A DNA stretch of 64,000 nt from Pedobacter sp. (GTDB taxonomy: Bacteria > Desulfobacterota > Desulfuromonadia > Desulfuromonadales > Syntrophotaleaceae), in contig JBFWJC010000001.1 in the NCBI GenBank assembly GCA_050253415.1, positions 1,256,679 to 1,320,678 on the forward strand. The letters run 5' to 3'. Positions 43,064 through 53,144 of the stretch are shown piece by piece (the stretch's first letter is position 1; each line of letters starts with the position of its first letter). Below the pieces are notes generated by a model that was not told the DNA's origin, ran no database searches, and saw only the letters and a program-made list of their open reading frames with translations. The translations under genes and the position numbers were made by a program.

Positions 43064-46033
43064 ATGAAAACCAAAAGAAAGACAACGACGGTTCTGCTTG
43101 CCTTGCTGTTCGGGGCGGGCCTGCTCCTGGCGAGTACGGGCGTGTGGGCGCTGGAGTTCCCGAGCGGCGGTGTGCTGGGCCCCGGCACCGACGCCACCGA
43201 CGGCACGGTGGACGGCAGCAGCGTGAAGAACACCGCGATTGGGGCCAGAAGCTGGGCCACCGCGGAGGCCAGCACGGCCATCGGGTATGACAGCACGGCC
43301 ATCGGCGTAGAGAGCACGGCCACCGGCGCATACAGCAGCGCCAACTCAAACTGGAGCACGGCCACCGGTGCAAGCACCACCGCCACCGGGTATCACACCA
43401 CCGCCACCGGGTATCACAGCACGGCCACCGACGAACACAGCACCGCCACCGGTTCATTCAGCTACGCCACCGGGTATCACAGCACGGCCACCGGTAAATC
43501 CAGCACCGCCAGCGGACAATCCAGCACCGCCACCGGCGCATACAGCAGCGCTACCGGCGCAAGCAGCACGGCCACCGGCACAAACAGCAGCGCCACCGGC
43601 ACAAACAGCACGGCCACCGGCGAAAACAGCAGGGCCACCGGCGAATACAGCACAGCCACCGGCCAATACAGCCAGGCGACGGCAACCGCCAGCGTGGCCG
43701 ACGGGCATGGCAGTGAGGCTAGTGGTGTCGGCAGCACCGCCCTCGGGACCAGCAGTATCGCCAGCCAGGCCAACGCCACGGCCACCGGCAGCCTCAGCCA
43801 GGCCACCGGCGAAAACAGCACGGCCACTGGCAGCAGCAGCCAGGCGACGGCAACCGACAGCGTGGCCAACGGGGCCGGCAGTCAGGCCACCGGTGTCGGC
43901 AGCACCGCCCTTGGGACCAGCAGCGTCGCCAACCAGTCCAACGCCACGGCGACCGGTGCCCTGAGCCAGGCCACCGGCGAAAACAGCACTGCCACCGGCT
44001 ACGGCAGCCAGGCCATCGGTGCGAACAGCATCGCCAACGGCTACAACAGTGTTGCCGGCGGCAGCGACAGCGTGGCCATTGGCAGCGGCGCCTCGGCTGG
44101 CTACGCCGGATCTATCAGTCTCGGCAGCGGGGCGACGATTACCGCCGCGTCCGAGCCGATCAATACGCCTGGTGAGATCCCAATCGTTATCCCAGGCTAT
44201 TCCTATGAAGGCGCCATTGCCGTCGGCAACGGCGCCCAAGCCAACGGCAACGACGCAACGGCACTGGGCGACGCCGCCAACGCCAGCGGAGCGCTGGCGC
44301 TCTCCGCCGGTGCTTCGTCCTCGGCAAGTGGCTCCCGCGCAACGGCACTCGGTTACCAGGCCGCCGCCGGCGGTATCAATGCCATCGCCATCGGCAACAA
44401 CTCCTCTGCCAGCTATCTTGACGCCATCGCTATCGGCAGCAACGCCATGATCAGTGCGCCGACGGAACCGGTCAATGCGACGGGCGATATCCCACTTGTC
44501 CTCATCGGCTATCCCTACGAAGGATCGATTGTCCTTGGCAACAACGCCCGGGCCAACGGCAACGCATCGACATCTGTCGGCAACAATGCCAATGCGGCCG
44601 GTGCACTGTCGGTTTCCGTCGGCGCTTCGTCCTCGTCCGCCGGTTCCCGGGCGACGGCCGTCGGCTACCAGACTTCAGCCTCCGGCGTCAATACCGTCGC
44701 CGTCGGCAACAACGCCCAGGCCTCGGCCGATAATGCCATGGCCATGGGGAACGGCGCTTCGGCTGATTACACCGGGGCCATCGCCATCGGCAGCGGGGCG
44801 ACCATCACCGCCCCGACCAGCGGCGGCTCCACCACCGGCGCCATCGCCATCGGCAACAACGCGCGCGCCAATGCCGATCCGTCGGTTGCCCTCGGCAACG
44901 AAGCCGACGCCACCGGTACGGATTCGGTGGCGGTGGGAGATTCCTCCGTCGCCACCGGTGACACTTCGACGGCGATCGGCTACCAGGCCTCCGCTACCGG
45001 CACAAATTCGGTGGCCGTCGGCGCCGGCAGCAGCGACGGCGGAGCGAGCAACGTCTTCGCGGTCGGCTCGGCCAGCCAGACGCGTACAATCATCAACGTC
45101 ACCGCCGGAGAGGTCAGTGCCACCTCGACCGATGCCGTCAATGGCAGCCAGCTTTACGCTACGCAGCAGGATATCGCTGCGCTGCAGACTACCGCCTTCA
45201 GCCAGGCAACGACAATCGTTGATCTGGCGTCTCAGCAGATGACGAATACGACGAACATTGCAACCAACACGACGAACATAGCAACCAATACGACGAACAT
45301 AGCAACCAATACGGCCGGTATTCAGGCGAATTCAATACAGATTCAGGCACTTATCAATGGCGAAGCGGGAGTGTGTACGATTATTAATGGCGCAATGCAG
45401 TGTGCTGCGGGTGCTTCAGCAACCGGCGACGGCGCAATGGCTCTCGGTAATGGTGCGACTGCCGATGGCGACGGCACCATGGCCTATGGGGCAGGTGCCA
45501 GCGCCCAATATGAAGGTTCTATTGCTATCGGTACCGGGGCGCAGGCCAATGCCGACCCCACAACCGCAGTTGGTTACTACGCCATCGCCAACGGCAACAA
45601 CAGCGTGGCACTCGGTGCCAATAGCACTGCGAACGGCGAAAATTCGGTGGCACTGGGGCAAGGCTCGGTTGCCGATTATGATAATACCGTGAGTATCGGC
45701 AATGCCTCGACCGGCCTTGTACGCCGGATAACCAACGTGGCACCGGGTGTTGATGGAACTGACGCCGTTAATATGAATCAACTTCATGGCGAGGTTGACA
45801 AGCTGCGGAAGAGTATCGCTCAAACAGGCGCCATTGCTGCGGCGACAAGCCAGATTGTTTTGCCCCCGGGCTGCCTTAACGGGTTAGGGATTGGCATCGG
45901 CAGCCAGAGTGGCGAGAGTGCCGTAGCTGTGGGGTTCGTCGGGATGCCTCTAAAAAATATGGCGGTCCGGCTTACGGCAGGCACGTCTGGAAGCACGTCC
46001 AGTGTCGGTGGTGGCTTGTCCTTCGGCTGGTAA
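43064..46033 (+). CDS. Trimeric autotransporter adhesin (YadA-like)
   Basis: Signal peptide, 14-aa head repeats (STATG..S.A.G), neck motifs TDAVNGSQL and TDAVNMNQL, IATNTTN stalk, and an anchor ending GLSFGW. GGAGG RBS before ATG 43064. Confidence 0.93.
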   Translation: MKTKRKTTTVLLALLFGAGLLLASTGVWALEFPSGGVLGPGTDATDGTVDGSSVKNTAIGARSWATAEASTAIGYDSTAIGVESTATGAYSSANSNWSTATGASTTATGYHTTATGYHSTATDEHSTATGSFSYATGYHSTATGKSSTASGQSSTATGAYSSATGASSTATGTNSSATGTNSTATGENSRATGEYSTATGQYSQATATASVADGHGSEASGVGSTALGTSSIASQANATATGSLSQATGENSTATGSSSQATATDSVANGAGSQATGVGSTALGTSSVANQSNATATGALSQATGENSTATGYGSQAIGANSIANGYNSVAGGSDSVAIGSGASAGYAGSISLGSGATITAASEPINTPGEIPIVIPGYSYEGAIAVGNGAQANGNDATALGDAANASGALALSAGASSSASGSRATALGYQAAAGGINAIAIGNNSSASYLDAIAIGSNAMISAPTEPVNATGDIPLVLIGYPYEGSIVLGNNARANGNASTSVGNNANAAGALSVSVGASSSSAGSRATAVGYQTSASGVNTVAVGNNAQASADNAMAMGNGASADYTGAIAIGSGATITAPTSGGSTTGAIAIGNNARANADPSVALGNEADATGTDSVAVGDSSVATGDTSTAIGYQASATGTNSVAVGAGSSDGGASNVFAVGSASQTRTIINVTAGEVSATSTDAVNGSQLYATQQDIAALQTTAFSQATTIVDLASQQMTNTTNIATNTTNIATNTTNIATNTAGIQANSIQIQALINGEAGVCTIINGAMQCAAGASATGDGAMALGNGATADGDGTMAYGAGASAQYEGSIAIGTGAQANADPTTAVGYYAIANGNNSVALGANSTANGENSVALGQGSVADYDNTVSIGNASTGLVRRITNVAPGVDGTDAVNMNQLHGEVDKLRKSIAQTGAIAAATSQIVLPPGCLNGLGIGIGSQSGESAVAVGFVGMPLKNMAVRLTAGTSGSTSSVGGGLSFGW

Positions 46034-46049
46034 CAATTGACTTCCGAGT

Positions 46050-46195
46050 GTGGCCTTTCCTAAACAAGCTGTCCATATTGAGCAGGTTTTGGAAAATGGA
46101 GGGATTTCAGGGAGGATAGGTCCTTGAGCCGAAGTAAATAAAAAACCGCGATATTTCAATGAAATATCGCGGTTTAGTTTGTTGCTTGGTACCGA
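46050..46195. repeat. Diverged direct repeat, copy B (includes the tRNA-Leu 3' end and terminator)
   Basis: Counterpart of 39109-39257. Includes the hairpin AAACCGCGATATTTC-aat-GAAATATCGCGGTTT. Confidence 0.85.
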
Positions 46196-46272
46196 AGGCC
46201 GGAATCGAACCGGCACGGCTAGAAGCCATCGGTTTTTGAGACCGACGTGTCTACCAATTCCACCACTTCGGC
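46187..46272 (-). tRNA. tRNA-Leu(CAA)
   Basis: GCCGAAGTGGTGGAATTGGTAGAC...TCGGT-CTCAAAA-ACCGA, long variable arm, GGTTCGATTCC and a CCA end. Confidence 0.97.
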
Positions 46273-46331
46273 AAAGTGGAGTGAATTATAGTTATATCGA
46301 CGCCCTTGGTCAAGATGTTTTCGCAGGGGAT

Positions 46332-47174
46332 TTATTTTATCTGATGGTTGGTGCTTTCACGTATCTTTTGCAACAGTTTAATCGCCTGTTTTCCGCGTTT
46401 TATTTCGGTGGCTTCGATCCTTGCGATTGGCATTATGTCGATGAGAGCGTTGGAGAGAAAGGCTTCATCGGCAAGGATGAGGTCCTTTTTGGAAATGGGG
46501 CGTTCTTCGGTGGCAAGACCGAGAGTCTTTGCAATCTGCAGAATATGCCGACGCATAATGCCGGCCAGGACAACTTCGCCGGCCTCGGGAGTGATCAGGA
46601 TATTGTCTTTGACGATGAACAGGTTGCTGGTTGCGCCTTCAAGAACATGGCCCTCGTCATTGCAGAACAGGGCTTCCCTGGCGCCTTTAGCCTGGGCAAA
46701 GCGGGCGGCATACAGGCAGTCGGCGTAATTGCCGCGTTTCATCTGTGGCAGGTGCGACAGCGGGTTGACGCGCCGGTTGGGAGCGAACACGCAGTTGGCT
46801 CCTGACCGGATCTGGTTTTCATCCGGCTCGACGTAGGCTGAGGCCGTTATCAGCGTGCGGGCGTTTTCCTTCGGTGGGGGCTGCAGGCCTTTGCAGCGGC
46901 CACGGCTCAGGGTAAGGCGCATTCGGGCGACGGGCCATGGCAGTTGCTTGGCGGTTTGCTGCTGGGCTGTTCGGATGGCATCGCGGTCGCAGGGAAAATC
47001 GAGCAGTGCGGCGGACATCTGGATTCTGTCGAGGTGGGCCTCGGCCAGTAATATTGTATTATGGCGAACCTTGATGGTTTCGAACAGGGTGTCGCCAAAC
47101 AGTATGGCACCATCATCGACCGGTAGTCCGGTCTGGTCATCGGCTATAAAAGTACCGTCCAGGTTGACGATCAC
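46332..47174 (-). CDS. pabC: Aminotransferase class IV, 4-amino-4-deoxychorismate lyase-like
   Basis: GDTLFETI, HLDR, EGATSNLF and LAGIMR. Overlaps the pabB stop. Confidence 0.8.
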   Translation of the reverse strand: MIVNLDGTFIADDQTGLPVDDGAILFGDTLFETIKVRHNTILLAEAHLDRIQMSAALLDFPCDRDAIRTAQQQTAKQLPWPVARMRLTLSRGRCKGLQPPPKENARTLITASAYVEPDENQIRSGANCVFAPNRRVNPLSHLPQMKRGNYADCLYAARFAQAKGAREALFCNDEGHVLEGATSNLFIVKDNILITPEAGEVVLAGIMRRHILQIAKTLGLATEERPISKKDLILADEAFLSNALIDIMPIARIEATEIKRGKQAIKLLQKIRESTNHQIK

Positions 47175-48538
47175 GGCTTGGTTTCAAGGGCTTGGCGCAG
47201 CGCTTGCCCCTTGTGCAGGCATTCCTGCCACTCGCGGGTCGGGTCGGAGTCGGCAACAATTCCGGCACCGACCTGGTAGGTCAGTTCGTCGCCGAATTTC
47301 TGAAAGGTGCGGATCAGGATGTTAAAATCCATGTTGCCGGTCACGCTGACGTAGCCGGCGCTGCCGGTGTAGGTGCCACGTCCCACCGGCTCCAGTTCCT
47401 CGATGATTTCCATGCAGCGTTTTTTGGGAACGCCGGTGATGGTGCCCCCGGGAAACACGGCCCGCAGCAAGGCAAAGGGGCCAACGTCGTCGCGCAATCG
47501 TCCCCGCACGTTGCTAACGATATGGGTCACATGGGAGTAGTGTTCAAGAACCATCAGCTCATTGACTTCCACGCTGGAGGGCTGGCAGACCTTGCCCAGG
47601 TCATTGCGTTCCAGGTCGAGTAGCATGATATGTTCGGCGCGTTCCTTTGGGTTGTCCAGCAGCTCCCGGCTCAGGCGTTCATCCTCGGGGGTACTTGCGC
47701 CTCTTGGGCGGGTTCCGGCAATGGGGCGAGTCTCGGCCACGCCGTTTTGTAACTGTACCAGTCGTTCAGGGGAGGCGGAGATGATCTCGACATCGGGTGT
47801 ACGCAACAGGGCAGCAAAGGGGCTGGGGTTGATACGACGCAAATGTTGATAGAGATCTTCGGCGGAGAGTTTGCATTGCGTGTCGAAGCGCACAGACAGG
47901 TTGGCCTGGTAGATATCGCCGCTGGAGATGTAATCTTTGGTACGGATGACCCGCTCTTCAAATGCCTTCTGTTGCATGAGCGGTTGTGGGCTTACGACCT
48001 CTTCGGTGTCTGGTTCCGAAAGGGGGGTAGTCAGTACCTGGCGAATCGACTTTTCCCACTGGGTAAGATTGTCCCTGGGGTTGAGGGATGCGACGGTGAG
48101 TATGCGACGCTGATGGTCGTAGATAGCTGTAAGATCGATCCAGTCCAGCCATAACGCAGGGATGCTGCGGTCACGCCGGGCAATGTGGGGCAGGTCTTCG
48201 ATGCAGGCAGCAAGGTCGTAAGCAAGATAGCCAAAAAAACCACCGGCAAACGGTAGCTGAAAAGTATTTGATGAGAGGCGGCGATTGGCCAGGATGCCAT
48301 CGAGAACATCGAACGGGTCTCCCGGCAAATAGGTCTCATCTGTGCCCTCAACGCACATCAATCCCCTTGCGTCGAGACGATAGGACTCCTGACGGCGCAG
48401 CGGTACGATACTGTATCGTCCTATCTGGGAGGTTGGTTGAGGGCTTTCCAGAAAGCCGGGACCCATGGGATAGAGCCGCTGATAAACGACCAGGGGGTCG
48501 AAATGTTCCAGGGGGAAACTGTGCAGGAAACAGATCAT
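47171..48538 (-). CDS. pabB: Aminodeoxychorismate synthase component I (anthranilate synthase component I family)
   Basis: GDIYQANLS, SPERL, PIAGTRPRG, LERNDLG, FPGGTITGVPK and GAGIVADS. Confidence 0.82.
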   Translation of the reverse strand: MICFLHSFPLEHFDPLVVYQRLYPMGPGFLESPQPTSQIGRYSIVPLRRQESYRLDARGLMCVEGTDETYLPGDPFDVLDGILANRRLSSNTFQLPFAGGFFGYLAYDLAACIEDLPHIARRDRSIPALWLDWIDLTAIYDHQRRILTVASLNPRDNLTQWEKSIRQVLTTPLSEPDTEEVVSPQPLMQQKAFEERVIRTKDYISSGDIYQANLSVRFDTQCKLSAEDLYQHLRRINPSPFAALLRTPDVEIISASPERLVQLQNGVAETRPIAGTRPRGASTPEDERLSRELLDNPKERAEHIMLLDLERNDLGKVCQPSSVEVNELMVLEHYSHVTHIVSNVRGRLRDDVGPFALLRAVFPGGTITGVPKKRCMEIIEELEPVGRGTYTGSAGYVSVTGNMDFNILIRTFQKFGDELTYQVGAGIVADSDPTREWQECLHKGQALRQALETKP

Positions 48539-48725
48539 GGGCCGATTTCGGGTTTCGGGGTTACGAGATGCCAGCTTGTTTCCAGCCGAAAATTCCGGAT
48601 GGAGATCGTGCAGTCTTTATAGAGAGAAAGTACTGTTTCCAGATGGGAAGCAGATCGAAAGGCTGCGGCGTCAAGGTAACTTTTGTTGGCCTGCCAAGCA
48701 AGAGAAAATCGTGTGATCGACGAAT

Positions 48726-49391
48726 TCAGTCGATGAGTTTTCTTTGCTTGGCAGCCATAACTGCTTCCAGTCGGCTTTTCACATCCAGCTTTTTGAAGAT
48801 GTTTTTGATGTGGGTTTTAACAGTTTCGGTGCTGATGAACAGCGCGTTGCTGATTTCCTTGTTGCCTTGCCCTCTGGCAAGGCAGTCGAGGATCTGTTTT
48901 TCACGCCGGGTAAGGAAGTCGTCGGTCTCATCTTCGTCTTCCTGATCTGGAGCCGTGGCTGTCTGATCCCACTCGATAGCCAGGTCCATGAGGTATGGGG
49001 ACATGGGGTGTTCATTGTTGGCAAAAGCGCGAATCAGGTCGGCCAGTTCGCTGATATCGATGCTTTTGAGAACATAACCGTTCGCTCCGGCCTGCATCGC
49101 TTCCTCGATATAGTGTTTGTCGCTGTAGGAGGAAAGGATCAGCAACGTCATGTCGGGGTATTGTTTGCGCAGCATGCGCACCGCGGCTATGCCGGAAAGG
49201 CCGGGCATGTCGACATCGATAAGGGCTACGTCAGGTGGGTTCAGGGTGATCTTTTCCACGGCCTTGAATCCGTCGTTGGCTTCGCCGATAAAATCGATGT
49301 CCGGATACTGGCTGAGACTCATACGCAGTCCGGTGCGCAAAAGAGGGTGGTCATCAGCCAGGAATACTTTGAATGGTGGGGATTTAGACAT
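48726..49391 (-). CDS. NarL/LuxR-family response regulator
   Basis: ADDHPL, DVDMP, and the HTH LTRRE...NKEIS..LFIS.ETVKTH. Confidence 0.94.
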   Translation of the reverse strand: MSKSPPFKVFLADDHPLLRTGLRMSLSQYPDIDFIGEANDGFKAVEKITLNPPDVALIDVDMPGLSGIAAVRMLRKQYPDMTLLILSSYSDKHYIEEAMQAGANGYVLKSIDISELADLIRAFANNEHPMSPYLMDLAIEWDQTATAPDQEDEDETDDFLTRREKQILDCLARGQGNKEISNALFISTETVKTHIKNIFKKLDVKSRLEAVMAAKQRKLID

Positions 49392-49445
49392 GTTGACCTC
49401 CTGGCTGTTTGCAGTAAAACAAAATCTGGTTCGGTATTATTCTAT

Positions 49446-51098
49446 TCAGGCCGACGGTTGTGCTTCGGTGACGGGCAAAGCCAGCACGATGCGCAGGCCG
49501 CCACCGGTTGTTTCAGCCCAAATCTGTCCTTGATGCCCCTCGGCTACCAGCTTACAGAAGTTTAGGCCGAGCCCCAAGCCCTTTTTGCCCGTGGGGTTTT
49601 TGTGGTTCGTCGTATAAAACTTATCGAACAGGGATCCCAGGTCCTCGATGGGAATATGATCGCCGCGGTTGTGGAACGAAACAAAAATGTAAGACTGCTC
49701 TGGATTCAATCGTGGTGTATATCCATGACGGTCAGCCCCTTCCGGGGGCTGTTTGCGGGTTTCGATGGTGACCAGATCCTCTTCATTGCTGAATTTGATA
49801 GCATTGTCCAGTAAGTTGGTGAAGGTGCGCATCAGGCGGATGCGGTCGCCGTAATAGGGTAATTCGGTGTCAAAATCCGATTGATAATCGATGTGGATCT
49901 GCCGATCCTGACAGAAATAGTAAGCCTGATTGACAACTTCCTGCAGCGCCTGGTGGATATCAAACCCATTGCGTCGCAACACCAGCATGCCGTAATTATC
50001 CCGAAACACATCCAGAAAATCCGAGACCATGCCCATCAGGTCATGGTTGGTATCGGCCGCCATTTTGAGAATTTCGCTTTGCTCCTGATTTAATGTTCCT
50101 ACCTGGCCGTCGAGCACCAGCTTGAGAGCGGATTTAATCGCCAGGATAGGGTTGATCATGTCATGCGTGAGCATGCCGAAAAGATCGCTCTTCATCTTTT
50201 CGATATTTTTTTCTTCGGTCATGTCGCGCATCACCGCAACAAATCCCCGTAATTCGCCCTTTTCATTTTCCAGGCGGGAAAAAGACGCATCGACCGAGGC
50301 CAGCTTTTTTTCAGTCAGCATCAAGCCTAGGCTGAGTCGTTCAGGGGTGTTTGTTGTTTCACGTAACCTGTCCAGTTCTCGGAGAACCGGGGTGCGGTCG
50401 AGAAACAAGGACTCGATGGGCTGGCCGGTAAGCTCGGTGTCGGGGCGCTCCAGGGCTTTGAGTAGAGCACGGTTCGGGTTTTCGATGTGGCCGTTGGTGT
50501 CGGTCGCGATAATGTAATCGGAGACGCTGTTGATCAGTTGAAAAATGCGTTTGCGTGAGACGCTTTTCAAGCGTTTGTTGTTGTTCGCCAGGCTGCCGAT
50601 GGTGCTGGCGATGATTTCCAGCAGGGTGGCGAAGTCGTGGAGACGTTCATAGCTGATCTTGGGGATCCGGTATAACGCCTCCATGTAGCCTGCCATATCC
50701 CTTATGCCGATGGCACGGGCATGATGTACCGCAAGGTCGCGGTCAATGACGTAATTCTCCGTTCGAACCTGGCCGCAAATAACCACCGCGACCAGTTGTC
50801 CCTCGACAAGGATGGGCGAAGCGCAATCCACCAGCCCCGAATTGAGGCAGGAATAGATGGCGGGGCCATCTTTGCGCATGGCTTCCCGGGCTCCATACCG
50901 GGCGCTGGCCATGCACTTGTGCATGCCTTCTTGCGTACCGCGGCAAAAGTGAAGACAGAAATCGGAGAAATTGTACGGGCCGGCCAGAATGTTACCCTTG
51001 GGATCATAGATACAGCCACCCATGCGGGTTGCCTTGGTGTAGGCCACCATGATTTTATCAAGGGTGCTTTTATCAATCAGACTTAAAAGGTCGGCCAT
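49446..51098 (-). CDS. Cytoplasmic histidine kinase with PocR sensor and PAS domains
   Basis: PocR pattern (FSDFC...C..S...YSC.SGLVD...PI.V.G......GQV), a PAS domain, THDMINP, NLLDNAIKFS and GLGLGL. No TM helix. Confidence 0.88.
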   Translation of the reverse strand: MADLLSLIDKSTLDKIMVAYTKATRMGGCIYDPKGNILAGPYNFSDFCLHFCRGTQEGMHKCMASARYGAREAMRKDGPAIYSCLNSGLVDCASPILVEGQLVAVVICGQVRTENYVIDRDLAVHHARAIGIRDMAGYMEALYRIPKISYERLHDFATLLEIIASTIGSLANNNKRLKSVSRKRIFQLINSVSDYIIATDTNGHIENPNRALLKALERPDTELTGQPIESLFLDRTPVLRELDRLRETTNTPERLSLGLMLTEKKLASVDASFSRLENEKGELRGFVAVMRDMTEEKNIEKMKSDLFGMLTHDMINPILAIKSALKLVLDGQVGTLNQEQSEILKMAADTNHDLMGMVSDFLDVFRDNYGMLVLRRNGFDIHQALQEVVNQAYYFCQDRQIHIDYQSDFDTELPYYGDRIRLMRTFTNLLDNAIKFSNEEDLVTIETRKQPPEGADRHGYTPRLNPEQSYIFVSFHNRGDHIPIEDLGSLFDKFYTTNHKNPTGKKGLGLGLNFCKLVAEGHQGQIWAETTGGGLRIVLALPVTEAQPSA

Positions 51099-51410
51099 GA
51101 CATCCTGACTGCCGAATTTTCATGGGAGGCAGATTGTTTAACGCTGATATTTAGTATGTTTAAATAACGGTATTGGATAAAGTCGTATCTTGTTTGAATT
51201 AAGTTATGCTGTTGTCTTTCGATCTTGAAAACATGTTGTATTGTCCCATACTTTGCGGCTTGGATCAAAGCGCAAATTATGGCTGTTTGTGGATCGTTGA
51301 GGGCCTCGCATATTTTCGAGAGTGGGATTCTCCGCAATTTAGCGAAAGAAGCGGCAATGATACATGGTGCGTATAGTTTTTGTGCCCCTAAAAGCTTGTT
51401 AAACTGAAAA

Positions 51411-51478
51411 ATCACCCATTTTAGGGATAAAAAACCCCCGGCTTAGCGATGGTGTAACCGAGCCCGTTGGAATATTAT
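51411..51478 (+). promoter_or_regulatory. Candidate activator-dependent promoter with tandem NarL/LuxR-type boxes
   Basis: ATCACCCATTTTAGGGAT (51411-51428) and AACCCCCGGCTTAGCGAT (51433-51450) start 22 bp apart. A -10-like TATTAT lies at 51473-51478. Confidence 0.5.
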
Positions 51479-51484
51479 CTCCAA

Positions 51485-51899
51485 ACAGAACGAAGCCTCT
51501 GTGCTCCGATACGTATACAGCATTTTAGATAAATGTGCTGCTCAAAATATTCAAATAATATTGAAACTCGATGCTGTCCGTTGATACCGGGCTTACAATT
51601 CTTCCTCCCCAAGAAAATGTTATCGGCGACTTGATCGCCCCTTTTTTCAACAACACCGTAGGATGGTTTTCTCCGGTGAGAATATAAAAAGTATTCTAAA
51701 TTATTTTCCCTGGCGGTCTGACAAGCAGCGACGGAGTTCTTCCTCCCTTGTGAGCTTTACCGACATTCAAACAAGAGTAATGTGTAACGGTTTGTTGTCT
51801 CCCTCCTCCTAAGCACAATCACGACTGTTTCTGTTGTTGGACCGCAATTTTTATTCAAAAACGCCCCGCAGGGAATTCCCTGCGGGGCGTTTTGTTTTT
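51485..51899 (+). ncRNA. Candidate regulatory sRNA with three CU-rich anti-Shine-Dalgarno motifs
   Basis: No ORF in the ORF track. TTCTTCCTCCC at 51599 and 51737, TCTCCCTCCTCCT at 51798. Flanked by a candidate promoter and a strong terminator. Confidence 0.45.
51857..51899. terminator. Bidirectional intrinsic terminator
   Basis: AAAACGCCCCGCAGGGA-AT-TCCCTGCGGGGCGTTTT with T-runs on both strands. Confidence 0.85.
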
Positions 51900-51941
51900 G
51901 TCATAGAGCAGAAACATCCTTAACATGGAGGTGATGTCTGA

Positions 51942-52247
51942 TTACAGCTGCTGATCTTCCTGGGGCCTTTTGCTGCGATGACCAGGTTTGGCCAGAATTT
52001 CCAGGTAAAAAGAATCGAGTTGTTGTGAATCCGCCTTATCAATAGCTTTATTGATGGCGGAAACATGGATAATTTCACTGCTCGCTTCATCAGCTCCGAA
52101 CCGGCAGTCAAAATCCCAAAAATCGACGCCCGGGGGCAGGCTTTTATTGCGTTCTCTTTTCAGATATTTTTTTACTTCATACTTAATGGCTTCAACACGC
52201 CTTGGACGTTTGATCTTGGGATGGTCGAACGTAAAGTTTTTTTTCAT
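51942..52247 (-). CDS. Conserved hypothetical protein (DUF6172-like)
   Basis: KYLKRERNK.LP.GVDFWDFDCRFG and FYLEILAKPG. Confidence 0.75.
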   Translation of the reverse strand: MKKNFTFDHPKIKRPRRVEAIKYEVKKYLKRERNKSLPPGVDFWDFDCRFGADEASSEIIHVSAINKAIDKADSQQLDSFYLEILAKPGHRSKRPQEDQQL

Positions 52248-53144
52248 AGGGATTCCAAGAAGTTCGTTAGTGTGAATAAGTAAATGATAAGTGCCGACGT
52301 GATATCAGCATGCAGCGTTATTGCCTGGTCGGAGTAATTTTAGTGTAAACCCTTTCCTGTCATTAGCCTACCTGTATTTGGTCTCGCCCTGTCTTTAAAC
52401 AAGCGGACGGTTACTTCATTAGACCCTTTTTGCCGCCGCGTCGCTTGATCCCGGTAGAAGAGGTCTGGTGTTTTCGATCTCGTCTTTGCAACGAATGCAA
52501 AGGCGAATACCGGGGATAGCCTTGCGGTGAGCCTCCGGAATAATAGCCTCATATTCTGCACAATGCTTTAAGCTTTAACCTTCAGGCAAAGGACTTCTGG
52601 CCTGATCTATTGCGTCTTTAACCGTGGCGTCTATCTGATCCTGTACGGCCCCATCACGAGACCAACCGATAGCCGTGATTTTGATCCTGTATCAAGTTGT
52701 TTTTCATGATGTTTGGTTGGAATTGAATTCGCGATAATTTGTTAAAAGCTGAATCTTTAGAACTTGTCACGACGGCAGCTGTTGGCAAGTTGCCATTTGA
52801 TTGGTCGTGCCCCGACCAAATCGGCTTAGAAAAGGTAGCCTCTATTTTACAATAACATTCCCCTGTTTTATCCTTTGTGTTACAATAATGAAATTCTAAT
52901 TTTATGAACCGGGGTGGATTGTCCTCACCATATTGGTTCTCTTGATTTCATGTCTTGCAACGGCAGGTTGGATATGAGATCTGCAGTATTTGCCTGTGTG
53001 GCAACATCCTTAACCAAGCGATGGCTTGAGCGTCTCTCCACACACGGTATGTATTCGAATTATAATGGAAGAAGATGGCTGGCTCGATGTGTTCATCGGT
53101 CATTCATGCGTGTATTGGCTGTAGCTTAAATGGAAGGGGAACGT

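Noticed and set aside
46179..46805. 208-aa plus-strand ORF
   Set aside because: It lies antisense to tRNA-Leu and pabC and is spurious.
51590..51815. Minus-strand small ORFs behind GGAGG motifs
   Set aside because: No usable start codon follows the motifs; one TTG is immediately followed by TAA.
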